From contig MU619283.1 in assembly GCA_025201805.1 (NCBI GenBank), positions 148,357 through 212,356 on the forward strand: a DNA stretch of 64,000 nt, written 5' to 3'. Shown here piece after piece: positions 14,284-25,414 of this stretch. Numbering within the stretch: position 1 is the first letter of the stretch; each line of letters begins with the position of its first letter. The notes under the pieces are model-generated. The model saw nothing but the letters and a program-made list of their open reading frames with translations, was not told the origin of the DNA and ran no database searches. The stretch is from Parasitella parasitica NRRL 2501 (taxonomy: Eukaryota; Fungi; Mucoromycota). The translations under genes and the position numbers were made by a program.

Positions 14284-14435
14284 TTTTTTTTTTTTGTTGA
14301 ACGAGAAGGTGGGATGTTTTTGATTGTACGGCACTTCCACCGGGTATTGAAGCTTTTGGCCTTCTTCCGTGACAGCTTTTACATGGCAAAAATGTTATAA
14401 GAGAGAGGATCTTGAACATTTGGGAGAACCTCTCC

Positions 14436-14487
14436 CCCCAACCCAACCTAACCCAACCCAACCCAACCCATAAAAACGCGTTTTTAT
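14436..14487. promoter_or_regulatory. ALG2/LSM8 bidirectional promoter: (AACCC)n repeat abutting the perfect 18-bp palindrome ATAAAAACGCGTTTTTAT
   Basis: Palindrome 14470-14487 with an ACGCGT core inside a 234-bp head-to-head gap. TATATAAA at ~14502-14509. Confidence 0.5.
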
Positions 14488-14517
14488 CATTTATCACATT
14501 ATATATAAACAGACACA

Positions 14518-14969
14518 ATGAGTTTGCTTCAGCCTTATGTGAATCGTAAAGTATTATCGACAAGCGTTGCAGAAACCCAATTAACTTTTTGTTTATTGCT
14601 TCACAGTTGACGTTTTGGTCATCACCACAGACGGTCGAGTTTTAGTGGTAGGTTGATGAGGTATGCGCAATTTCCCCAGCTGACGTGGCATGGATAGGGT
14701 AAATTGAGAGGCACAGATCAAGCGTCAAACATCATCTTGGAGAAATGCCATGAACGCGTGTTCTCGAGCGAGGGAACTGAAGTGATTTCACTGGGATTGT
14801 TCTTATTACGGGGAGATAATTTGTAAGTTTGGCATGTCTGAATCTCACGTTGGTTCTAAAATAAGAGGGAGGACTTAGGGTAACGATTGGAGAGTTGGAT
14901 CCTGAAAAAGACGCAGCCATGGATATGTCAGAGATCAAAGTAGATCCGCTATCAGAGTTGAAATTATAA
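14518..14969 (+). CDS. LSM8: U6 snRNA-associated Sm-like protein Lsm8 (94 aa, 4 exons, not in the ORF track)
   Basis: Exons 14518-14545, 14607-14647, 14698-14822, 14879-14969 with GT-AG introns give MSLLQPYVNLDVLVITTDGRVLVGKLRGTDQASNIILEKCHERVFSSEGTEVISLGLFLLRGDNLVTIGELDPEKDAAMDMSEIKVDPLSELKL. Sm1 and Sm2 motifs and the Lsm8-type HERVFS and RGDN..IGE.D are present. Confidence 0.93.
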
Positions 14970-15147
14970 ACGAGCTATTCCATACCATTCAGCTACACAC
15001 ACACACACACAAAAAAAAAAAAAAATACAACATTTCAAGATTCAATCCAACACTCACACACACACACACCCACACACCCACACACTTCACACAAGCACAG
15101 ACTTCAATTGTATTATACTTTCTTTTTATAAATAAAAAATAATTCTT

Positions 15148-15320
15148 CTAAATGGCAATTTGTGACAATAATTTTGAAAGATCAACATGGCGATATCCTG
15201 AGCGCTCAAGATATGTTTCGACGATAGATTGCGTCGATATTAGCGTCTGGTAATGTTTGTGGATCAGCGATTCCGCTTGAACTAGAAAGAGTAGAATCGT
15301 ATGTTGGGTCAATCATATGC

Positions 15321-15352
<32 letters not shown>

Positions 15353-18300
15353 AGTACACACAAGTGTCCATTATAAATCACACTTACTCGAGTCATTTGT
15401 TATATTGTTTCTGGCTTTCGAGGGATCAAATAGAGACGACAGGTACAAGAGTTGGGTATACATTTGCTTGTCCGTGTACTCTCTTTTCATGCTTCCACGA
15501 CATCCAGGCATAATACAGCGGCGACCAAACACTGACAGCGTCCTTGTGCGATTAGCACAAGTAATGTCATCACAGACATACCAGTTGTCATAATAGCGCT
15601 GTATGTATTTTCTAACGGCAGCAGACAATTGAACCTTGACACTAGCGTTTGTGATCATCAAATGGCACTTTGAGCAATCAAGCCCGCACTCTACTTTTCC
15701 GTCTTCCAGTGTACGCACAACACCTTCAAACACGATGTCTTGTCCGCAGTAATTGCATTTCAGTTGGAGTTTGTCAGAGTATCTGAATCTCTCCTCGTCG
15801 CTGATTTGAGAGTCCAAAGTTGCAAATTCAGAATCATCTTCATTGCTGGCATTGCTATGGGCGATAAAGTGAAAGCGCTTGGTGTCTAAACCGAGGCAAC
15901 TTGCTAAACGAGCGGGGTCGGTACCATCAATAGGCGAGCAAAGACGAGTGAGGGGAGGATGAACTTGCTGGTGAAGATACCACTCGATATCCAGTTGCAT
16001 GTTGTCTTTAGTCACGGTATCGGGATGATAAGCTCTGAGCGCAGATCCCTTCTTATCACCGCTAGTTTCCTGGTCCACTTTGCAGATCACGTAGGGGACA
16101 GTATCGCCGTTCTTAACATTATGGCCGGCACTCAGCATGCGTAAAGCCACCTGGACGTGTGGTTGGCTTTTGGCATCAGCATAATCCTGTGGTCGTTTGG
16201 TCAATTGCTTGTTGATGACATATTTCTCCAAGGGGATATCGCCCTGTCGGATTTGCTCTGCGACTATTTCCAGGTAGGCATGAATCTCTGTCACTACGTC
16301 TTCACGCTCTCTATCAGACAGGATCAAATCGAGGACGTGTGTAGACACATCATGCGATAGATCACACCAATCACGACGGACAAGATCGAGACCTTTAGTC
16401 TCTACTGTTTCCACCAACTCACCGTTCGGCTTTTCTTCAACGAGGAGAGCAGCGTACTTTTTCTTCTTCAAGAGCAGCATGTGTTTGAAATAGCCATCAA
16501 TCCCAATCTCCAAGAGTTTGTAGTGGTTATTTACGCTTCGTCGCAAAAGATGGCCCATCTTCTTGACCTCCTCGAGATCGTTTTGATTTGTATAAACCAT
16601 AATTGAATCAGTGTCACCATAAATGACGTTCATGTCCAAGGTGCCGGCAAGATTAACCGTGCTTTGAAGAATTTCACGGCCCTTGTGGGTAATCAGCATG
16701 GCTAATGGCTTGGCATAGAAACGAGAATAGGTGAAACCAAGACAACCGTACATACTGTTGGCAGTCAGCTTTAATGCCTTTTGTCTGATATCCAGCTGCA
16801 TGTATGTGGCGTCAGAGACATTATCCCTCATCAGATTCTTGACCTGCTTACGACGATCAACCAAGGTTTTAATCAATCGAGGCAAGATGCCTTGAGGTAA
16901 CGTGTCGTCAGGAATTTCAGGTACCTTTTCCTCGCCATCATCCTCTCTTCCCTCTGTAAATGTTCTGCGGTCAACGGTAGTGAAACACACGTTGTATTCC
17001 TGGATGATGGAAGGATACAAACTGTTGAAATCGAGTAACAAAACGTATTTATCATAGAACCCCTTCTTGGGCTCCAAGACCAAACCACCCGAATAGGCAG
17101 GCTTTCTTTTGCCACCCACCTTCTTTTTAGACGCTGAAGCCATCGCGACAGCTTCTTCATCTCCGTCTTGCTCGGCTGCTTGTACAACGGCAGCTTTTGG
17201 CCCACCAAATGACTTTTCAGGGCAAATGTACTTGGCCTTGTGGAATTCATGAAGCAACAGGAATTCGTTGCGTTCAGCTCTTGCACCTGTCATTGTTCTT
17301 GACCATAAATTGCCTGCTAAATTAGTCAGTTGGTGTGTCAGCGGCAAGATTTGAAGCTTGATCATGAGGGCCGAGGCAAGAAAGGCGTCAAATGCACAAT
17401 GTTTCAACAGATGGAGCAGTGTATCCGAGCTGTCGAAAAACTGTGCTGTTTTGCCGAATTCAATGTCTTGACGATGAATTTTGAGTTGCGATTGAGCCAA
17501 ATCTGTCATTCGGTAGGATTTGCTCCTGATCAAATCCTTTGACGCCAAGTAAGTGTCGCAGACAAGACGGCCGCTCATGACAAGTCTTTCCTGGAATGTG
17601 GATTCACCAGCACCGCCTGCGCCGGCTTGAAGCTTTGGCCAGTTTCTACGCTTGAGTCTACCTAATTTATGCCAGTGCTGAACGTTCAAAGCTTTCATGC
17701 GATGAAGCAAGACATCTAAATCGAAACCAGCGAAATTGTGTCCAACAATGATATCAGGATCATACATGAAGATTTTAGCTGCAAAATAGAGTCAGTAATA
17801 AAACCTTGTGGAGATTGATTTTTTTTTTTTTTTTTTACCAAGCAAGAAATTCAGTAACGATGCTTCTGTTCTCTCTACTTGAATAGCTAGCCCACCAGAC
17901 TTTTTCTTTTCGTTCATTGCAACTTCTGTAAAGTTGGCTGGATAGGGCTTCCCGTTCAATTGACGAACAACAGAGAATCTCGCTTTATCCATTTTTTCAA
18001 TAGGTGTTGTATCATCGATTTGCACCTTATCGCAAACAAGCGCACCAGCAGCAACAATTTCATTTACATTCTTCTTTTCGTTCATGATGGTTCTGAGACA
18101 AAGAGACATTACGACAAGCGGGGGTACATTGTTAGGTCGATTTCCATCAGCGTCTGTCAATGGGTTTACTGTTTTGGGATCGTCTACTGATATTTCGGTT
18201 TTGCACCATGTTTCCTAATGTAAAAAGATTTGTCAGATCGATAAAGTCCATTCACACCAAAATCCCCTCACTATTTACACTCGTGCCACTCATCTTGGCG

Positions 18301-19944
18301 TCAGCAATATCTAACCAGCAAGGCCCCATTATATCACGTTTGATTAAGAATTGTTCGAGTGGGCCGGTGGTTGCTCCAAAGACATGGCTGAACGTCTTGC
18401 CCTTTTCCTCGCCAGAAAACGAAGACTCTGTTTTTTTTTTGTTTTTGTTTTGTAAGAAAGAATAAGCAATTAGGTTCCCTCAGGGCCCATACAAACGAAT
18501 AGACACTTACGCTCATAATCGTAGAGAACCTTTAAATAGTTGGCTTCTGCAGGCACGTCAGGCAATTCAAATGCGTATTTTCTGGATACTTCTTTGGAGG
18601 CAAATTTAGTGATTCTCTTTTTCGAGCAAAGATCAGCGATTTCAGTGTACACATCTGCCATGTCAACCAGCGTATTCGTTTCTTGGCCCCTATCTGCACT
18701 ATGAATTAGTTATGTAGCGCACTCGTGGCACATTTGACCATTTTACCATCCAACAGATGCTTGCGAGGTAGAACAAAGAGGTTTCTTTCAATGTTCTTGA
18801 CAGTGACACAGCAGCTGACATACTTGTTGGTGCCTTTGTTGAGGACCTTGCCAAACAAATACACGTAGCCCTTTTCCTTGCGCTCGTAAGCATCGTACCA
18901 CCACATGTGCAAATGACCATCCTTTTCAAAGATGTCCATGTTTTGTGTTTCTTGTCTGACTGCATCTTGGTTGAACGTGTCCGCCAAACCATCATTTGCT
19001 GCTTCCCAGCTTTGGAGATCTGGCCGGGGAGCAGATTTGCTGGTCGCAATAAAGTTGGGCTTGGGTGTTTCGCTGATACTCAGCTTGTCTACTTGTTTTT
19101 TCAATATTTGCTCGTTTGTCGTCATGTCGTCGTCCATGAAATCTGGTCCAAAATCGTTGTCGTTGTCGTCGTCGTCGTACATGTTCACATCAGTATCTTC
19201 AGCTTTTATAGTTTTGGCGGGTGGAGGTGGCATAGAGGAGGACGCAACATCTTTGAACTGGACCTCTTTCTTTACAAAGATATCAGCATTGTCAGCGTCT
19301 CTTTGTGATAGTTTTGAAAGGCCAAAGTTGGAACGGTTGAATGTCTTTGGCTTGGTTCCCAAGACCTTTTTCTGTGCAGACTTGGACGCAGATTTGGCGC
19401 TGAAATCAGCTAGTAATTCTGCCATGAAATCGTTTGCTTCTTCCTCGTCAACCTACGTCTCCCACATCAACAACTAAACCACGACACACTGCTATAGACC
19501 ATTTCTAGACTTACGACAGCCGGCTTGGGCTTCAATGCTGCCTTCAATGCTGAGTTGTTGAAAAACCGATTGATTTGCTGGCTAGGCTTAGCAACAGCAG
19601 CTTCCTTGTCTTGTTTGGCGTTGTCCTTCTTTTTAGCCTTTCTCTTTCTTTTCTTAAGGTCTGCCTCATTCTCGTATTCGTCAGAAAAGTGCTGATCGTC
19701 TACGCCGTTGAAAATGTAGCCCGCATTGTCATCGTCCTCTACAAAATCCTCGTCCTGCTGAGCGTATTCTTCCTCGACCTCGTCGTAAATGTCTTCGTCT
19801 GCTGCCTAAACGTGCAGTGTAAATAGGCCAAACATGCATGCCAAACATCAGACAGTTGTGTACCTTGTGTTGCCTCTTGTTCTTTCCAACTTTGGCTTCT
19901 CTGAGCTCTTTTAAGCGGTTTGCTATGACAGCCCTGGAACTCAT
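15148..19944 (-). CDS. POL1: DNA polymerase alpha catalytic subunit, multi-exon
   Basis: Family B motifs LDFNSLYPSII, KLTANSMYGCLG, YGDTDS, KKKKYAA, KGLDLVRRDW. C-terminal Cys4 pairs. Acidic N-terminus with DFVEDDD..GY. ATG 19944, TAG 15150-15148. Confidence 0.96.
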
Positions 19945-20029
19945 TTCTTTTGTAGGAATCACAGAAAAATGCGAAAGAAAGACTATTTTTTATTTTTTAT
20001 TTTTTTTTATTTTTTTTTATTTTTTTTAA

Positions 20030-20073
20030 TCGCGAAGCTCGCGTTATCAGTCGAGAGTTGCGGAAAACGCGCT
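20030..20073. promoter_or_regulatory. Cluster of CGCG-core (MCB/SCB/E2F-like) elements upstream of POL1
   Basis: TCGCGAA 20030, TCGCGT 20039, GCGGAAAA 20060, ACGCGC 20067, next to a ~40-nt poly(dT) tract. CGCG is otherwise rare in intergenic DNA here. Confidence 0.55.
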
Positions 20074-20533
20074 TCTCCCCGAGGCCATCTTCCTTGTGAG
20101 AGTCGTTTTAATTGGAGTAGTTTTAGGCGACATGCTCCTCCCCCCCCCCCCAAGAGCCTTCTTTGCTCGGGTGGTTCTTTCAAATAGCATTATGAAAGGC
20201 ATTCCAAGTGATGTGCTACGCCAAGTAAATGCTGACATTTACTCGATGAATATGCAGGCTGTTTGAAATGCGGAAACTGCTCTTTTTCTGTATGCTATTT
20301 TCAGTGTGAAAAAGACTTGGTCATTTACATGTCTGTGGATGTATTAAAGACCCGTGCTGTTGTTCATTTTGTGGCCTACTCGTACGACTTTTTTTTTTCT
20401 TTCCGGAAGAACATGGGCTTTTGAAACATGCACAGCTGAATTCAATTTATCCGCCACATTGTCTCAATAAACGCATAAATACCCATTCGATGAAGCCAGC
20501 CCTCACTTCTTTTCATCTTGTTAAAATAAAATA

Positions 20534-21447
20534 ATGCAGCAACAGGCCTCCCAAAGTCTCGACCAACGTTTGGAAAACTTGAATACACTACCCACCAACT
20601 TTTTTTCTTTGCCCGCTCTACCTGCGAGCCCTGTCACTGACACTCAGGAAGAGCCATCCACTCATGGAAAACACACAGGGAAACGTCGTGTCATCGTTGT
20701 CGCGTACGACCATTCAAATTACGGCGATGCCATGATTTCCAAGTCTATCCATCTTGGCTTAATCAGAACTAGCGATGACATTCGTCTTCTTCATATCGTG
20801 AGTCAATCCGATTACCGTAATTTGTTTGCCCCCATGCTGTCTGCTAATGGCACTTCGGGCGGCATTCAAGAAGACGTCCTTGACTCGAATATGGCTAGTG
20901 CTGCCGATGCGATGGTCTATGAAGTCATCAACGCTTTGAAAAAGATTGGAGTAAGTGCACGCACGTGAAAAGAGAGCTCGTCCGCTTTGACCGACCATTG
21001 ATGTCTGGATGTAGTTTACACACGTCACTTCGGAAATCTTGCGAGGTGACCCTAAAGATTCGATTACAGATTACTGTCGAATGTCGAAACCTGTCTACTT
21101 GCTGACCGGCTCTCGTGGTCTCGGTGCTGTGAAAAGGTAATGTTGCAATTATGTCTTGAACAAGATGAGTTCACCCAACTCATAAGCATACCGAAAAAAA
21201 AAAAAAAAAGGACTGTAATGGGGTCCGTATCCAGCTACTTGACAAGGCACTGCCCTTGTCCTGTATTAGTATGCAAGTTGGAGCCCTCTGAAATCGAGGC
21301 TCGTAAAGAATTGGATTCCAAAAAGCAGGCATCCTTTGCCGAAGTGTTGAGTAAGTGTTACTTTCAATGCAGACTTTTTTTTTGGACAGTTTTGTTCTGA
21401 CCGACATTTTCGTATTTGTAGATGCATTCAATGCGGAAAAACATTAG
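20534..21447 (+). CDS. Universal stress protein (UspA domain), 4 exons
   Basis: VIVVAYDHS, LLHIV, RGDPKDSI, TGSRGLGAVKR|TVMGSVSSYLTRHCPCPVLV. TAG 21445-21447. Confidence 0.9.
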
Positions 21448-21686
21448 TACAATAGCAAACATTTTTTATCTTTTTTTTTCTTTTTATTTTTTTGCTAATA
21501 AAAACACTCAACCAACAATGTTTATTTTATGCATGGTTTCCTGAAATTAACGGTTACAGACACCCTTTTTAACCCGGAAAAAGTGCAGTGAAGGGCTGGT
21601 TTTAAAGTGGCGAAGACTGTGGTCAAAAAGAAGCCTTTAATTCCCTTGTGTAGCTCTCTCTCTCGAATCATCTTCGATCATATAGT

Positions 21687-22331
21687 ATGGTAAGTAGGGG
21701 AACATGGATTTATCGAGCCGAGTATTTGCATGAAATGAATGGAATGAACTACAAATGGATGGATGGATGGATGGATGGATGGATTGATCTTACAAAAGAG
21801 AAAGAAAAAAAAAATAGTTGCTTGGGATGGATGCCAGTGTGAATGGAAAGACAGGTGCAATTATCAGCATCTTGATCATGTCAGGACTCTGCTTATGGAC
21901 GCAGACCAGTCAGCAGCTTTATCATCTGTCCATCATTCTATTCAATCAATTGCAAATACACAAGCAAAGAACCAGAAGTATTGACATGAACTTTGATATA
22001 GACCTGTAAAAGAAGAAATAACGGACGTAACAAGCACGGTCGTGGCCACAACAAGTATGTTCGTTGCATCAACTGTTTCCGTTGTGTCCCCAAGGATAAG
22101 GCCATCAAGCGCTTCACTATCCGCAACATGGTAGAAGCTGCTGCTGTCCGTGATCTTCAAGAAGCCTCCATCTACGAGGAGTATGCCATTCCCAAATTGT
22201 ACGTCAAGCTCCACTACTGTATCTCTTGCGCTATCCACGCCAGAGTTGTTCGTGTTCGCTCTGCTACTGACCGTCGCAACCGTCTCCCCCCTCCTAGATT
22301 CAGATTCCAGAAGGCTGCCAACAAGGCTTAA
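21687..22331 (+). CDS. RPS26: 40S ribosomal protein S26 (eS26). The first exon codes only ATG, followed by a 312-nt intron
   Basis: ATG 21687-21689 | GTAAGT...GATATAG 21690-22001 | [34 protein letters not shown]...[16 protein letters not shown]. Confidence 0.97.
21755..21784 (+). repeat. (GGAT)7 microsatellite in the RPS26 intron
   Basis: Directly visible tandem repeat. Confidence 0.9.
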
Positions 22332-22451
22332 ATACATTTCTTAAAAATAAATGTTGGGAATAAATATCAAAAAAGCAGGAAACAGCGCATTGACATGTAT
22401 TGTTTATAAATCATTGACATGGCACAGCATTTGTTCTAGTGACATAATGGT

Positions 22452-22946
22452 CTATTGGCCCGTGAGTAATAGTTTCTTTAGACATGCTGCTTGTGCATTG
22501 ATTTTCTCGGCAGTGTCTTTGAATCCTTTGATAGCTAGTGGCCACACGACCGCATCGACAAACCCAGTGATATCATCGGGAGCTTTACAACTCGTGGCAG
22601 CGTTGATGGTATTTCTTTGCTCATCTGAACAATGAACACCATTCTTTGCATTGACATCCAAGATATGCCCCAAATTGCTGCTGACGTTGGTCAATGTATC
22701 ACATAGTTCTCCAAAGCCAAGAGGATATATAACACTTGTAACGAAATCTTGAATGCTATCAAAGTTTGCCTGTTTAAAGTCTTCCAACTGGCTCATTTTC
22801 TGAGCAACAAAAGCCATGTCGGCCAGGGCAACAGAGGCGCTTGCTTCAAGCTCAGCAACTTGTGAGGCGCTGATGCTGCTTTGAGCCATTGCAGCGGCGG
22901 TCATCAGAGCGACAGGACCAAAGATGAAGGCATTGACATTAATCAT
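22452..22946 (-). CDS. Intronless small secreted protein (164 aa, 4 Cys, internal two-fold repeat), function unknown
   Basis: ATG 22946 gives a signal-peptide-like MINVNAFIFGPVALMTAAAMAQ. TATA box (TATATAAA on minus strand) ~50 bp upstream. Open frame to TAG at 22454-22452. Confidence 0.75.
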   Translation of the reverse strand: MINVNAFIFGPVALMTAAAMAQSSISASQVAELEASASVALADMAFVAQKMSQLEDFKQANFDSIQDFVTSVIYPLGFGELCDTLTNVSSNLGHILDVNAKNGVHCSDEQRNTINAATSCKAPDDITGFVDAVVWPLAIKGFKDTAEKINAQAACLKKLLLTGQ

Positions 22947-23826
22947 GCTGAGTGAAATCCTTGATTTCGCACGTAAACCATGTACAGAAACTGCTTTATA
23001 TAGTTGTTGAATCATTGAAAAACGAACTTCATTCCTAGACGCATTTTCTTCAACATTTGCAATGTTTGATGTCTATTGGTACGGTATTGATGGATGGAGA
23101 GTATAAACAGTCCTGAGACTACAAGAAAAAGCAGTGAAAAAATTTTTGAGCAGAACAAGTATAAATACATCGATAGTGCCAAACTAGGGAGCTTCTCAAC
23201 TATCTCCATCATTTATTCAGGACTAATGTAAGTACGCTTTTCGGCTTTCCATCAATCATTATATCATCTTTCGAGTACTTTTTTTTTTTCTTTTTTTTAC
23301 ATGATGAATACAAACATATGCTACTAAACCCAGCTCAGTTTGAGATATTCGTTGAAAGAAACTTTTTCCATAACTAAAAAAAAAAAAAAAAAAAAAAGTA
23401 CAGACAAGATAACATTGATTAATGAACTTTTTTTTTTTTTGCTATATCGTTCGTGCAGAAATATTAATTTTACTTGTTTTATTATAGTTGACTTGATCTG
23501 AAGATCAAGATTTTTCGTCTTTACCCTTCTTTTAATCTTGAAAAGCAATGAATAAATGTACATGTATTTTTTACCTTGACTCTGTCAGTATTTGGATAGT
23601 GTTTGTTTTAACCCTGAGAAGGATAGCTATGCTTACATGATGTCATCTAAATTTGAGCAACAAGATTTTCCTCTTTTTTTTTTAAAAAAAATGTGTTGTG
23701 GTGAATCTTTTTTAAGGACTTGGGCTCGTTTGATTGTCTTCTTTCTCTCCTATTTCTCTCTTTTTTTTTCTTTTTTTTTTTTTNNNNNNNNNNTTTTTAT
23801 CTTGTTAATTCTGCCCTCAAGAAATA

Positions 23827-25202
23827 ATGATCACGGACGAACATCCATTTGAGTTTGCGCCCCAGCAAGATGAATACACCCAATTATTAACAGAGTTGCA
23901 TCATGAATACTGCAATGAGCAACCATCGGATGTGCTTCAGTTTTGCTCCAATTTTTTCATCAGAAAACTTGAAGAACAGCGTTTAGAGCATAGAAATAAC
24001 CATTCTCGTAACAATTTATTCGATAGTAAAGTATAGCTCGTTCCCGTAAAGGCCAACACTAATTTTCATTTTTTTTTTATTTTTTTTTTTTATCCAGCCA
24101 ACAATACCAGTAATGATTTACATCCGTTATATGAAAACCAGCCAAAAGAGCAACCAGGCTTCCATTGGGGAAATACCCATCCCAGTCATCCCAGCGACAA
24201 CGATGACGACGATGAGCTATCAGAAGATGAACACGATGAAGAACACGACAACTTTTCAAATGAGCCTTTACATTTACCTCCCTCAAACTATAATCCTCGT
24301 CGTCGCACATCGGTTAGCGCTGAAAGCATGGCTCCCAGTAACACAGAGTTTGTCAAGGACATAATCCCTAAATCTCAGGCACAGGCAGAACGCATCAAAA
24401 TATCCATCAGCAACAACTTTTTGTTCCGCAACTTGGACGAGGAGCAGTACCTGGACGTGGTGAATGCCATGGTCGAGAAGCGCGTCGACATGGGAACCAC
24501 AGTGATTAAACAAGGAGACGTTGGCGATTTTTTTTACGTCGTCGAGTCGGGTACTTTAGATTGTTTTATTGGGGAAACTAAGGTTACCAACTACGAAGCA
24601 GGTGGAAGCTTTGGCGAACTGGCCTTGATGTACAACGCTCCTCGTGCTGCTACTATTATTACAACGTCAGATTCTGTGCTTTGGGCTCTGGGCAGAATCA
24701 CTTTCCGCACAATCTTGATGGAGAACACCTCGCGCAAAAGACGCATGTACGAACACTTCTTATCAGAAGTCGTGTTGTTAAAATCCCTAGAATCATATGA
24801 GCAGCATAAAATTGCAGACGCTCTTGAATCCGTTTATTTTGAAGATGGACAGGAGGTTGTGAAGCAGGGTGACGTCGGAGATCAATTCTATATCATCGAG
24901 TCTGGCGAAGCGTTTGTATTGAAGGAGGAGAACGGTGTCAAACAGCAAGTCAATCGACTTGAGAGAGGCTCTTATTTTGGAGGTAACTCGTGTAGCCTAC
25001 TATGTAACTTTGTACTCACTGTATTTTGCTAGAATTGGCGTTGCTAAACGATGCTCCCCGAGCAGCAACAGTCGTTGCTCATGGCAAACTCAAATGTGCA
25101 ACATTGGGCAAAAAGGCATTTACTCGTCTTCTTGGGCCCGTCTTGGATATTTTGAAGCGCAATTCAGAAAACTACCATGCTGTGATTAGCCAGCAATCAT
25201 AA
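23827..25202 (+). CDS. pkaR1: cAMP-dependent protein kinase regulatory subunit (pkaR1-like), 3 exons
   Basis: N-terminal docking domain [13 protein letters not shown], acidic linker, inhibitor site RRTSVSAE, two cNMP domains [15 protein letters not shown] and [18 protein letters not shown] 25200-25202. Confidence 0.94.
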
Positions 25203-25414
25203 CAGAACAAAATAAACCTAGATTTGAAAGCGTCATGCTATTTTAATAAAAGGCCACTTTCCGATTGTTGCTCAATTGTGTATATATATAACACACAAGA
25301 ANNNNNNNNNNNNNNNNNNNNNNNNNNNNNNNNNNNNNNNNNNNNNNNNNNNNNNNNNNNNNNNNNNNNNNNNNNNNNNNNNNNNNNNNNNNNNNNTTTT
25401 TTTCCATAAAGAAA

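Noticed and set aside
14436-14470. Interstitial telomere repeat or telomerase template
   Set aside because: The unit is a pentamer (AACCC) with a single TAACCC. A simple microsatellite is sufficient.
14600-14970. Structured ncRNA suggested by TTGACG...CGTCAA pairing and higher GC
   Set aside because: Fully explained by LSM8 exons.
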